From NCBI RefSeq assembly GCF_001194135.2, contig NC_068981.1:140964643-141004232 (forward strand): a stretch of DNA of 39,590 nt, in the 5' to 3' direction. Each line of letters begins with the position of its first letter. Position 1 is the first letter of the stretch. A program made the position numbers and the translations under genes. Shown piece by piece: positions 12,255-26,400 of this stretch. The stretch is from Octopus bimaculoides (Eukaryota). The notes beneath the pieces are model-generated. The model did no database searches, had not been told where the DNA came from, and saw only the letters and a program-made list of their open reading frames with translations.

Positions 12255-12775
12255 ATATTATCCTTCATTTTCGGTGCATTTTGGTCCAGCGGTCCACAAA
12301 CGTGCGTGTTCTCTAAAAGAAGCAGGTTTTACGTTGATTGCTCACCTATTTATGCACCGCTTCTTTCACACCTTAATCTGTAGGAAATGGACGACCTTGT
12401 AAACTATTTTTGAGCAGTCCACAGAGGTGATGGTTGGAAGTAGAAAATTCTGGGCTCTAGGCAGGGTGTTCCGGTACCTGAAGATTCAATTTGTTACTGG
12501 CTTCAACAGTCTGGCGGCCTGCATTGTCGTGCAAAAAAAGAATGCTTTCTTCGATAATAGGCTTCGGCGTTTGGTGGGAATTGTGGGCTTCAGTTTGTTG
12601 GGCAGCAATGCACTGCATCTTGCACTGCTGATTGTACACACCTTTTCCAGAGATATCGGGTCAATGCTTTTAGTTCTTCCTTGGTGCATATTGCTAGTGG
12701 AGCGGCCATGCTAACACCATAACGCCAGAAAGGAAAAATGGTGAAATCAAGCTTAAACTTCTATCAGGTCACCAC
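12255..12775 (-). mobile_element. Mariner-type transposase C-terminal fragment (pseudogene)
   Basis: EKVCTISSARCSALLPNKLKPTIPTKRRSLLSKK / ILFLHDNA / EHPA*SPEFSTSNHHL (HPxYSPDLAPSD motif) / GVKEAVHK* / VDRWTKCTENEG. Confidence 0.9.
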
Positions 12776-15335
12776 ACTAGTATCAGCTATAAGTACGCGT
12801 GCGCAGCAGACTGTGTGACAATAATAAAGATACGTTATGGCGAAAGTGCTGATAATGTTTGACTTACCCCCGTACATAGACAGAGTAAGAAAGTGAAATC
12901 GGGTGAGAAAGTGATAGGTAGAGAGAAAGAGAAATGTGCATCGGTAGTTGATATCCAGCTTGGATTGCTGGATATAAGTTTTGGGATACAGTCAAGGTAG
13001 GTATGAACAACAAAACGTTTTTCTTTGATTGTTCGTACGCGATATGATATATGCAAGCAGTTTTCAATTAACTACCCCTGAGTGCGCGTATACAAGGTCA
13101 TAATGATTCGGAAAGTATGTATGCAGTGACGAAATAATTCATAGATAAATGTGACATTAATGATAGCTGTTATGTCTACATATCCATCACAGTGATATTT
13201 GGCATTTGTTCGATCAAATAGCGATTTGTTGTAATGTTTGATTTGTTAGTGTTTAATACAAAGTTAATAAGTGACAAACATTCCACAATTGTGGAGTATA
13301 TAGAACCAGCAATTTACCGAAACATGCATCGATAAAAGTGACCAAATATATAACAAGATTATAGATAGAGTACATCTTTATATACGATTCAGAGCCGTGA
13401 AAGTCGTGCAGAAGCTTATTAGCGATGTAAAGATGTGGTCTGTTAGAGCAAATTTAAAAACAGCGTGGTCATTAAATGACACAGGACATAAATTAATACA
13501 TTTGATCAACATTTGAATATGTGATTGCTATTATTAATATTATATTTCCCAATATGTAAATTAAATGTGTATCCAATATGCCTTACATATCTAAATACAA
13601 TTTTTTTTCATATTGTTCATTACACAATCGAGTGTAATTTTCGTAAATTTTGTTATCGCCAGTCAATACTATGTTCAATAGAAATGTGCTGCATAATTGA
13701 TATACAACTAAATTGAATAAAACCAATTTCCTCATAACAATGAAATCATAATTCTGCTTTTGTCATTATTGAATAATTTTAAATACTGCCTAGCATCGGT
13801 TTATCTGAGATACCACTCTGAACTTTCAAGCAGTGAATAAATTATTGAACTGGAAAATAACCTGTGGCATGATGAAAACAATACTTCCATATAAGACCAA
13901 CCTCCAAAATATAATATATTATAAATATCTTCTAATTAAACAAAAAAAGTAAACACGATATTTCATACGTAAAAAGGATGATATAAATGGATTTATGATT
14001 TTCGCAAGCGCATTACCAGAATAATTAACGTGGGAGATTTTCAACAAGTAATTGTCATTGGCTCTTGAATAAACTGATAAGAGTTTGCTGATAACTGTCG
14101 TCTAATTATGTGATTTATTTCTTCTGGAACGTTGACATCACTATTTATTATATTTGAATTTAATTGGATTTATTTAAATGCACATAAATACTTCTTATTT
14201 CTCTAGGATGATAAATATAAATCTGTTTCATAAAATTTGTTGTATTTCTAGCTGCCTGGTAAGAGTTATATAACGCTAACTTGGAACTGGAAGCGAATCA
14301 TAACATCGGCTCGATTGCTCCCTCTCGCAGGATACCGCAGATATTGCCAAATGAAAAAAAAGGTGAAATTCCGCAGAAATGGAGATAATACGAATTATAC
14401 GCTTTTAGTTCCTTCTTTTGCCTCTTTTCTATTGGAGTCGCCCTTTCAGCATGGTCTTCTAGCGTCACATAGCATATAAGAAATTTAGGATATAAGAAAT
14501 TTATCTCGTGTAAAGAAAATCACACTAATTTTTTTGTTAGTAATTTATTTCACATTAGATCTATCCACAATTAAATCATAATTGTATCGTATTCAATGAC
14601 TTTCTTCCGAATCAAGAAAATATATACGAGTCATTAGTAGCATGTGATCCACATATAACTAACACAAAGACCTTGCGATTTACCGCTTTATAGGATTCCA
14701 TATGATGTGTATATAAATAAAATGAAATTTGAACGTGTATTACAAGTCCACGCGCAGGCAATAAGAGAGCCTTCTCTGTCTAATGTCGACTCGTACATAC
14801 CTTTGTTACCTTTTGCTAAACGTCTCTCTCCTTTACGGTTTTGAAGACAAAATGGAAGCGTTTTTCCATAAAATAAGGCCTGCTAACTGGAATCCAGGGA
14901 AGAACTACGTCTCATTCCAAAACGATCTGAATCATGACGATTTATATCACAGTAATAGATTTAATGACCTTCTTGCCAAAAGAAGCATTTGCTTTAAATA
15001 CTCACTTATCACCAGAGTTGGGCTTCCCTATCATTAAGGAACTCTACTGCCAAAGGAAAGTCATTAAGTTATATAATACTTTGTACCAACAAATGATCTT
15101 TTCTTCAATGGCGAAATATATGTCACCCACCTACAGCTATAGGGATATTTCAGACCTAATGAGAAAAACAAAACCGAGTTTACTTCCCACGGTTCTTACA
15201 GATATCCAAGAATGTGATCAGAAAAAATATCAGGCTCGCTGACTCAGTAAGTCTAATAAAATACGTTCCTTTCCCCAGATACAATAAGTAAAAGTTCCCA
15301 TAAAAATAATACGCCTGAGTCAATATACAGAAATG

Positions 15336-15447
15336 ATACATACATACATACATACATACACACATACATACATACATACATACATGCATGCATGCATACA
15401 TACATACCTACTTACATACATAAATACATACATACATACATACATAC
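15336..15447. repeat. (TACA)n microsatellite (also 15942-16001 and 36031-36068)
   Basis: Direct reading. Confidence 0.95.
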
Positions 15448-15839
15448 ACTCCGTCAACATCGGACGTGCAGGTGCAGAGGACCATTTAAGAAAGTCTGTT
15501 TTCAGCTCCTTCTTATAGCAATATGCCTACTTCTCCAGTCAAAATTGGTAACTGGTTTATTCCTCTAAATAATTAATAAGAGAAGCACCTTTTACTCACC
15601 AACGTAGCGTTATCGTGATCTGATTTTAAAATATACATCTACACCACGTGGAATCTCGCTATCACAATTATTACTGAAACTAACACCACCACAGATGAAA
15701 CTAACAACGTCACCACCGATGAAAACAACTACTTCACCAATAATATTTAAGGAGACGTAACTACTCTTCTCATTTTACCATACGTACATAAAACAAAATA
15801 TACAAATCTGCACTTATACATACATACAAACAAAAATAC

Positions 15840-15972
15840 CCTGTTGTTGATGTCGAAAATCCAATGGAGGACCCTTGGATCTAGGTTAGAAACTGACACT
15901 TTCTCTGTTGGCAAGAAGTCTAGAAATAAAACTGAACAATGACATACATACATACATACATACATACATACA

Positions 15973-16003
<31 letters not shown>

Positions 16004-16877
16004 GAATTGATTAGACAACGATTTCAGATTTACACATTTCGAACAACTTTCGGTCGACCTCGACAGCGAAAGAATAAACTTGCAAATCATTATCCATTGT
16101 TGCCTTACATAAGATGCTACTGTATATTTTCAAGAAAATTAAGCTGGTATTTCTTTTATGTCTTTGGATGACTAGAAACAATGTGATTTTGCTTTCTGAT
16201 GTAGGCTGTACTATCATGATTTACATAAAGTTATATATCATCTGAAGACTATCAAATATGTGACAAACATATAATCATGATATTTCTGCTACTACAAATA
16301 ACAGCAAAGCCAAAAGACATAGTTTCATTGAAAGAACTTAAGACATCATTTTACACGTATATCATGGAATTTCTCCACTCCTTTCGGAAATTACTTTTAC
16401 TCCTCTCAATAAGCCACTGGCAAATAGCCAAAACCTCTTAATATTCAACGTGTAACTTACATCTTAGAGCAGTCCACTTTAAAAGGTTCTCATTGAAAAT
16501 ATACTCATACCACCAGTCTGTGACTGCATGTAAATTACGTGTAATTGACTTTCTTGCTCTGGTGAATTTATAATGCTTTCTATCATAGGCATGAGGCCTG
16601 AAATTATTTTATGGGTAGGCGGACAGTCATTTACGTCAACCTTAGTACTCGACAAGTAATTATTCCATCAATCCAGAAAAACCATTGCGCAATTTGAACT
16701 CAGATGGTAAAGACGGGTGATATTCCGCTAAGAATTTTGTAAGATGTGTTAATGATTCTGCCAGCTCGCCGCCTTCGCTGCTAAATTCATAATAAATACA
16801 ATAATAATATAAATGACCTAGCATAATTACCGATGCTGGATGTTGATGACTTACACGCCATTCATTTCATCTGATAT
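15840..16877 (-). CDS. Candidate exons of an unidentified host gene: 16877-16855, 16597-16461, 16171-16034, 15919-15840
   Basis: AG/GT boundaries (two GTAAGT donors), stop-free and phase-compatible: ISDEMNG-V-PHAYDRKHYKFTRARKSITRNLHAVTDWWYEYIFNENLLKWTALR-F-IQRHKRNTSLIFLKIYSSILCKATMDNDLQVYSFAVEVDRKLFEM-Y-FLPTEKVSVSNLDPRVLHWIFDINNR. A SINE and (TACA)n fall in the inferred introns. No homology recognised; overfitting possible. Confidence 0.3.
16625..16773 (-). mobile_element. Degenerate SINE, same family as 8552-8766
   Basis: Minus strand ggcggcgagctggcagaatcattaac...cttagcgg...ctgagttcaaatt. Confidence 0.7.
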
Positions 16878-17441
16878 CTGCAGTAAAGTAAATTATTCCA
16901 TGTAAATTATTTCCTACGATACTATCTCTGGTGTATTGGCACAACGACTGAAGTGTCGATAACAATTGCACTGCTTTAGTTTCGGCTCTAACTATTGATT
17001 TCAAATAACATCAATATCTTTGACTTTCATTCATTCATGTTTGATGAAAATAAAGTAACTACCAAATACTTTGGTTCATATAAAACGTAGTTCTCTTACA
17101 CAAAAGTTGAGATATTATATCTGTAATAAATAAAAGTGAATATATTTGGAAAATCTTTGGATTATTGCAGAATTGTTCAGTTGCAACATCTTCATCTATT
17201 TTAAACAGTACTATTACTCAAAATTTGAAAATTATGCTTGGGAAGATAAAAACAAAACATATACCGAAAATGAACTTTTTGTCATTAATATACATAACCA
17301 GGCTTTTTTTTATATATAAAGCGGTTGCAAAATCTGGGCGTACTTGTGGTCTGCAGAGTCCCGCAGAAGTGGGGATTACAATTTTCCGTGAAAGGTATTA
17401 TAATATTCTACGGAATATTATAATACATTTGTATGTACTCA

Positions 17442-17525
17442 TACCTACCTACCTACCTACCTACCTACCTACCTACCTACCTACCTACCTACCTACCTAC
17501 ATACATACATACATACACACATACA
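17442..17525. repeat. Compound (TACC)n-(TACA)n microsatellite
   Basis: Direct reading. Confidence 0.95.
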
Positions 17526-19804
17526 CACATATATATGTAGCTTTATATGTTTCCCTTTCAAATATATGAATATTATGTTTAAATTTTGAAGTTTATCAAA
17601 CTCTATAGGATAATATGTTTCCTACAATGACATATTGTTTTACATATGCTACGGATTCAAATAATTGTAAAAAACAATTTCTGTAATCTAGCACATACAA
17701 AATATTCTTCATAATGTTTTGATACTTTCAGAAGTCGACAATTTTCTTTATGGTGGTTTGAGACACTTTTGGAAATATATATATATTCAACTAATTATAT
17801 GCAGTGAAATAATGATATGCGATGTGGGCATTTTTGTTTATATGATTTACTGAAAAAATATTTTAAATTGAATGACATTTTGGAAATAATAATATTTGAA
17901 TAAAAAGAAAATTATATTTCGCTTTATACATACTTTAGGCATTTAATGGTTCCGTTTATTTTTAGTAGATAGGAACAGGTGAGAATAGAATTATATTGCA
18001 CTAATATGTTTAGAATCACTTTTATGTTATCCAGTTACGAATTATAATTCCTAATAATTATACATAAACGGATTTGGTTGGTAGAACACTAATGTAAACT
18101 TTATATGAAAGCTTTCAATGTAGAATTATTATTAAATCATGATAAATATTTTTCTCTTATATTATTGCTACTAAACCATTTCTAGTTGGTAAATATGTTC
18201 ATTTAGTCAAAATTTCTTTCATCGGCTCGATTGTATATAGCTATCTCTTTGAAATATATCATAAAACGCTTCCATTTTCCTGTAACATATTTTTATTTAA
18301 AATTTATTTATGATGGAGAAGGGATATACGAAAATATGGTGCGCCAAATGAAGTATTTTGCGGTTGTTTATTCACATGAACATGGCAGAGTAAATTACAA
18401 GTGATATATATTTACGTCACTTAATAATATCTAGACTGGCTGAATTTCTATTCCATCAATTTGCGTCTTCGATAAATAACATTTCTATTAAATATCAGGA
18501 ATCGATTTAATTCAATTCATTCCAAACTTGGAGCCATTGCTAATACATCATAATTCAGTGGTAAAAATGCTGACATATACTTTTCTCTCGTCTATAACCA
18601 CACATTTTCTTAAACACACTATAACGAAATTTCAATATGTATAATTCAATTTGAATTATATGTCACTTTACACATTTATACACATGATACACTATGGAAA
18701 AGAATTATAGGCAAAATTGGATATCTTGTGATAGCAAAAATACAGTAAACGTGCGTATTGACCAACTGAAACTAGAGTTTGTTTCTTAAAATATCGTGTG
18801 TATCCTACGGCAAAATGTAAGCATCTACAAATGTGAGATATTGAAACTGAATTCAAATCTCTGTTTAAGACAAGATATTCGTATACGCTAATAATCCACA
18901 TAAGAAAAGCTTTGAAGCCCAGTGGTCATACATTTACGCTTCAGGTTATATGTAATTTCCTACAAACACAAAGAAATCAATCACTTCCATAGAAACTGCT
19001 GACGAATAGCAGAATACCACTGCATAAACTGTCGTCCTACTTGCCGATTTTGATTTTGTGATAGAAGTCATTTGTTTATAGGACTTTAGGTAACATTTAC
19101 CTATACACACTTTCTCTATAAGGATATTTACACTATTGAAATGATTTAAATTAACTTAATAACGGCGTGAATATAATTACCTGCTTATCTTGATATGCAA
19201 AGTAAATAGAAACGTGAATTAAACAAATATTAAAGCCTTCAATTCTCAACTAAAATATCTCGACCCCCTCACTGATCTTGTACGATGTCAATTCACTTGC
19301 TATAAATAATAAAAAAAAGTTGCATTCGAATCACATCCAATCAACGAATAAAAGGAGCAAAGTATTAGTTGATGTTTTTTTCTCCACAAAAACCGAGTGT
19401 GAAGATATCATGGCTGGGATATTTGGGATCATTACCTCAATCAATTTTCGCTTGAGGCTAGACATTAACAACAAGAAATAACAACACTGGACGTCACCAA
19501 GGAAGAATTTAAATACGCCATCGTGCCGCTAGTAATAATAACAAAATGTCATAAATGTATGACACACTTCAAATGAAAACTCCTAATTTACAAAGTGATG
19601 GTTTGATCATTGTTGAAAGGTTTACCATCACATGTCTACGCGATCAGTGCTGATCCTAAGTTATAACTTTATAACAGAGCACAATATTATTCGTTTAGTT
19701 TCAGAGCTCAAATGTCGCAGGGATGTATATCCGAAATATATCTGTCGCTGTTATCATTTACAATAATACACTGGAGTTAATTTTTAATCATCTGTTTCAG
19801 TCAC

Positions 19805-19967
19805 CTTTAAATAATTCCGATGAAGAATTCAGATTTAAAGTGTCTCGTTTTGGCAATAATTCCTGTATTATACAATAGAAGTAGTATCTTCGTATAGGTT
19901 ATCATAAAGTAATGGAATTATCATGGATCACTTACATTTACCGTCTCAAAAACTGATACATAGTTAA
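19805..19967 (-). CDS. Candidate exon pair 19967-19936 and 19862-19805
   Basis: ctag|..aat|GTAAGT, 73-nt intron, tacag|..aag|GTGACT. In frame: NYVSVFETVN-ELLPKRDTLNLNSSSELFK. No homology recognised. Confidence 0.25.
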
Positions 19968-21459
19968 CTAGCAAGGAACGTTAAGTCAAACTTTTGTGGT
20001 GGAGACAGAACTATTTCATCTAAAGATATTAACACTGATGTATACTAAGTGGAACGTCTAACAACTAGCAATGTAATAGATATAAACAATTATCTAGATA
20101 TAGATAGGGGATTATGAGTGTCTGTGTGTCTGTATGGATGCGCGTATGGGGTTACGTATGGCGCATTAGTATGTGCAGTACGAATTTTAATAGATTTTGG
20201 ATATTATGCAGATAAAATATTTGAGTAACGAACGAAAATTCCCAAATTTCTCAGTCTGCTTCACACTCTGCGTCTGCCTGAATCTCCCTCTCCCGCGGTT
20301 TCGTTTCTATACTTACACACACATATGCATATATTTCGCGTACACAGAACCCACACGTTNNNNNNNNNNNNNNNNNNNNNNNNNNNNNNNNNNNNNNNNN
20401 NNNNNNNNNNNNNNNNNNNNNNNNNNNNNNNNNNNNNNNNNNNNNNNNNNNNNNNNNNNNNNNNNNNNNNNNNNNNNNNNNNNNNNNNNNNNNNNNNNNN
20501 NNNNNNNNNNNNNNNNNNNNNNNNNNNNNNNNNNNNNNNNNNNNNNNNNNNNNNNNNNNNNNNNNNNNNNNNNNNNNNNNNNNNNNNNNNNNNNNNNNNN
20601 NNNNNNNNNNNNNNNNNNNNNNNNNNNNNNNNNNNNNNNNNNNNNNNNNNNNNNNNNNNNNNNNTATATATATATGTATCTGTATGTATATATATAGATA
20701 CATATATCTATATACATATAAACACATACATGTACATTTGCATATATAAACACAAATATATACATATATATACATACGTACGATGTCTTGTGTGAGAGCG
20801 GTGCGTTCAGTGCGCTGCCTCTCAAAGGCTATAGACTATAGACCTACCATTTTAATATCGCATGCCGTCACATCACACTTTATGGGTGTGAGAGTAAATG
20901 ACCTCAATGAAATATATACCCGACACATGTCTTCCCTTATCTATTGCGATAGGTACATTTTACTTCCTGGCCCCTATTCTTGTCAAGACCCTGGGAAAAT
21001 TGAAATGAGTTTGCCAGCATCAAATTGAGGAATATTGAAGGAAACTCTCCTTACTGATCAGGAGCGAGTAATTCAAACTCAATCAGGAGAGACTGCCCTT
21101 GCTCCACCAAAATGCAGTATCCATCAATCGGAAGAACGAACCTATTATTGCAACCGATTGTCAGGATTTGTCACTCAAGAAATAACTGACCTTCCACATA
21201 AGGCAGGGTAATATAATCACTTTTCTACTATAGAGTAAAGTCTACTGATATTAATCACACGAGATCACTAGTAAACTAATGCTACCGAAACGGTAATCTT
21301 CACATAAAGCTGCAATCGCAAAAAAGTTCACATTTCATAGAATACTGATGACGGAACGACTGATACACTCTAAAGTGTTGCTTATCATATCACGTGTGGT
21401 ATTCAATATCAGGATGTCAGTTCGTTTAATATACCGTGCCACTATATCGACATTAAAAT

Positions 21460-21775
21460 GGGTGAAGACCCCCTTCGGTCATGGATGGCCATGGGCTTGC
21501 ATCTAGAAATTTCCTCTCCGAGGTACAAGTCCGGGCAATGTTGTTTAAAGAAGGCTAGCAGTCGCCCATGCATACCGGCCTCCCCTCTCCATGCCATCGA
21601 TGTTATCCAAGCAAAGCCGATACAGCTTCACACCAGTGATGTCGAAACTCCTTTCTACAGCTGATTGAGCTGGAGCAACGTGAAATAAGGTGTCTTGCTA
21701 AAGGACACGACAACAAACGTCCCGGTGCGGGAATCAAACTCACTTTCTCATGATTGTGAGCTCGACGCTCCCCAA
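21460..21775 (-). mobile_element. tRNA-headed SINE
   Basis: Minus-strand B-box-like gagtttgattcccgcaccggg, then gtgtcctttagcaagacaccttatttcacgttgctccag. The body matches a cephalopod SINE family I recall. Confidence 0.75.
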
Positions 21776-23378
21776 TGACCTGAAGCAGAACGTAAACTTA
21801 AAGGTAAACAGAAATAACGAAAATTCTAAACACGTTACCTGAGCTGATCAATAGAGACCTATGTACGTGGGAGCCATTTTGAATTTCTTTTAAAGTTGTG
21901 ACACTGTGTCCGAATACTTGAAAAGAATATGGCATACGCCCACGAATTATTACATCACTTGAAAATGAGTCAAACTATTATCTAATGCATGAGGTTCCAG
22001 GGTCAATTTGTTTCGTTTGTCTTATCTACTCTAGTTCGTATGTTTCTATATATGTGGATACAAGCATACACTCACATACACATACACACACACATTAATG
22101 TGAATGTATATATGTATGTGTGTATATATGTATATATACATACACACGCACACAGAGGAACAGAGACTCATTGTGAGATTAGACATATACATATTGATGA
22201 GATGAATTATAGCTTTGATCAAAGGCATTCTAGCGATCGCTATTTCATTTTTACACAAATATTTTTAGCCTCTAATTTCATCATATTCCTCATTTCCTCT
22301 TTCATGACGACACTTTTACTTGATGTAGAATAGGAGATTATCTTCTAATTGCCCGGTATCCCCGTAAGAACTGACTCCGTTAGCATGTAAATACAAAACT
22401 AGCTGACTAAGGGTTATGTTAATTGAATTTGCCTTACATATAAGTGTAAATATATTAGCGAATGCAGTGAGGAGAGATAGAGAGTGTATGTAATCAACTA
22501 CCCTGCTATATGATCAACATTTTGTTTGCGGTTATTCTGCATTATATTTTGGGTAGAACGTATATAGAAGGGGAAACAAAATGCAAGTTACCATTTATTA
22601 TTGAAAGGATTTCTTACTGAGTATGATTTCTTAAATTCCAAATGTTCTGTGATTACATAGTGAAAACATATATTCACAAAATATCTGACTACGAATTCAG
22701 TTAAAGCATGACACTTGGATAAATTATCTTTTCCCCCATAATTTTACGATGTCCTGTAGCGTGATATTAGTATTTTGCCAATATCAATACTTTAAACAAC
22801 TAATCTGATTTTGTTTTTGATATTTTCGTTTGTTAAACAGTATTGCATCATGCCCAGTGTGACATTGTGCCCAAAATATGAGCTCTATGTAACGTTAGAT
22901 AATCTGTAATCATGAAATGTAAATGTATTGCAAATGAGCAGACTGGATCGTTGCAAGGGAGGAAAACACAAACACTTTTCACAGATCAAATCCATAAAAT
23001 CATTTTCAAATATATTAAACGACCTATCGTGATGAACTGGACACATTTGATAATTGATTTTTGATTTTAAATTATAATGGGGTCAAAAATAATGGAACAA
23101 GAAACAGCAATCATGACCAATGATTTTAACAATTCATAAATGGATAAGCACTTACAACCAAAACATGAATTTATTATTAAATCTATTATTAAATGATTAA
23201 AAAATTATTCAAAAATGTATTATAAAATGATGAAAAAATTATTCAATGAATAATCGTATCGATTCATATAACATTCTGTTGCTTTCAAACGTTGGAGTAT
23301 TTGGCGCATTTGAACGGATGAGATTTTAGTCTCTACAGAAGACAATAAATACTTTCGCGCATGTGTGTGTATATACAT

Positions 23379-23431
<53 letters not shown>

Positions 23432-26400
23432 TACATATATNNNNNNNNNNNNNNNNNNNNNNNNNNNNNNNNNNNNNNNNNNNNNNNNNNNNNNNNNNNN
23501 NNNNNNNNNNNNNNNNNNNNNNNNNNNNNNNNNNNNNNNNNNNNNNNNNNNNNNNNNNNNNNNNNNNNNNNNNNNNNNNNNNNNNNNNNNNNNNNNNNNN
23601 NNNNNNNNNNNNNNNNNNNNNNNNNNNNNNNNNNNNNNNNNNNNNNNNNNNNNNNNNNNNNNNNNNNNNTATATATGTATGTATGTCTATGTCTATGTAT
23701 ATGTACGCATGTATGTATGTATATTTATATACATCTTATTGCTGACCAACTATGAATCTGAAATATTTCTATTGGGATATTACTACTATTATGTAATATA
23801 AACTTAGAAAATGTGCTTTGCTCTTCGGGATATGTTTGATTATATGACGTTTAGATGAATAATGCATTATTCCTAAATTCTATAATACATAACCTTTACT
23901 ATTTGACTTTTCATTGTTTAGTCATCATATATTAACTTTTCATTTATCGTTGTTTCCAGTAATCGTATTGGAAAGATGAGAGTAATATTTTTATTCATGA
24001 ATAATATAACTTAAAACAAGAAAGCATGAATATACTTACAGATGAACGTGTGTATATAACTATATGTATGTATATATATATATATATATATATATNNNNN
24101 NNNNNNNNNNNNNNNNNNNNNNNNNNNNNNNNNNNNNNNNNNNNNNNNNNNNNNNNNNNNNNNNNNNNNNNNNNNNNNNNNNNNNNNNNNNNNNNNNNNN
24201 NNNNNNNNNNNNNNNNNNNNNNNNNNNNNNNNNNNNNNNNNNNNNNNNNNNNNNNNNNNNNNNNNNNNNNNNNNNNNNNNNNNNNNNNNNNNNNNNNNNN
24301 NNNNNNNNNNNNNNNNNNNNNNNNNNNNNNNNNNNNNNNNNNNNNNNNNNNNNNNNNNNNNNNNNNNNNNNNNNNNNNNNNNNNNNNNNNNNNNNNNNNN
24401 NNNNNNNNNNNNNNNNNNNNNNNNNNNNNNNNNNNNNNNNNNNNNNNNNNNNNNNNNNNNNNNNNNNNNNNNNNNNNNNNNNNNNNNNNNNNNNNNNNNN
24501 NNNNNNNNNNNNNNNNNNNNNNNNNNNNNNNNNNNNNNNNNNNNNNNNNNNNNNNNNNNNNNNNNNNNNNNNNNNNNNNNNNNNNNNNNNNNNNNNNTAT
24601 ATATATATATATATATATATCAACATACATATGTATATACACTCACAAACACACACAAACATGCACACACACTTATACACATACACACGCGCGCTCATAT
24701 ACATATGAAAAAGAAAAGAATGTTTTCACTGGTAGTTCTAATCAGTTTAACTTACTATTAAAAAAAAAATGTTTGATAATATAAATTTTAGTTCGTAGAT
24801 CTTGTAAATTCTTTGTTAAATTGGGTGTGGCTATTTTTCAAAAATACTTATATACACACGTGTGTATATATTTACGTGTAATTATAATAATTTAATAATA
24901 AGTTTCCTAAGTTCAATAACTCTCGAAGCTTTCTTCTAAGACATTTATCGAAGTAAGTTTGCTTCGAAACTAATGATCAAGGATTTTATCTTCCTGCGTG
25001 ATAACACTAACAAATACTGAGAATAATCTAGAATCGAGCAATGCTTCTTTTGTCAAACTTCGTAGGTGGAATCTCTACTGAAACAAGTGCACTACGTACA
25101 ATTCAAATAATTGAACTTTTGTAGAGGTTTTCTCTTATCTGTCGCGGAATTACGTTAAATCACTCTCTCTTTGGATTTGCTACCACAAACAAGCTAGCTC
25201 AGAATCAACCCGTCGTGAAACCGTATCCTCTTGTCGTAAACTGGGGTGATACATTTTCAATCTTATAAAGACTTCTATGTCACCACTACAATGTTAATTT
25301 ATTCACGGAGTTATTGTGATACGTGTGTACTGTATAATTGGAAACTATCATTCTTTTTTTATTATTTAGAAAATACTAAGATGGTTGCCGTGCAGATGAT
25401 CTTATCCCCTTCAGTACACGGAATTTCATCTACGTATTCTATCTAAGATTGGGAGAGCTAAGAAGAAGAGAACTCGGGCACATACAATACATGTTTGTAG
25501 TTGATTTATTGTGATGAATTTTGTCTGCTATTTTGCTGTCCTTATTATTCCACAGTTCTTTCAAAATACCATATGATCGAATATGCTAATATAAAAAAAA
25601 ATAAAGAACGTACAGATAATTTATTCTATCAAAATGCCAAATACCTACCTATATTTCAATGGTTTGTATCTTCAAAAAGATATTTCCACACATGATACAT
25701 TGTCTTCTTTGGCAAATGGCCTGCTGCACTTGTCATCTGCTTCAATCAAATACCATATCAGAAATATTCTAACGTATATTTCTAACTAGATATATCATTT
25801 CAGAAAATTTGACCTTTGCCATGATGTTATTTATTGTTTAAACATTTGATTATATGTTTAGTTGACATTGAAAGCAATGTGTTACATTCTGATTTGCTTC
25901 TCCCAATGATGTTTGATATTTATCCAACTAAATTATGAATCGATACATAAAATTTACTCAATGTCGTTAATGTAGATTTCTGCTTTATTTATAAATGACC
26001 ATTATATTAATTATTTCTATATTATCCGCATGCCAAAGATGTTCATATGGTTTGACACTATTATCTTTTCCAATTATGTGATTATTAAGACACATATTCA
26101 GTAAGTAACACAGAGTAAATTGATGATCATAATGATATATGCGTGCCACGCTACCAGTATACATATATAAATATATTACTTACTATACTAAATAATGTTG
26201 AATTCTTTGAATCTAATTGATGTTGACGAGAAGGGTAAGTTAATAAACTGCATGAATTTTTCATTAGTAAAAGACAACGGAGCCATTTTCGAATATGCGA
26301 TTGGTAAAGTGAATTCATCGCGATACTTTTGGATATATATTATAACATATGGCATGCAAAGTAAGGTAGAAAGAAAGTCAAGTTTTATACAATTTGGATC

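Noticed and set aside
14304-18290. Shared 14-16-mers (catcggctcgattg at ~14304/18220; aaaatggaagcgtttt at ~14850/18280 inverted)
   Set aside because: No similarity beyond the words; frequency compatible with chance.
17161-18412. Plus-strand frames (YYYSKFENYAWEDKNKTY; EVDNFLYGGLRHFW; FIYDGEGIYENMVRQ)
   Set aside because: Could not be linked by compatible splice sites; such peptides arise readily from AT-rich DNA.
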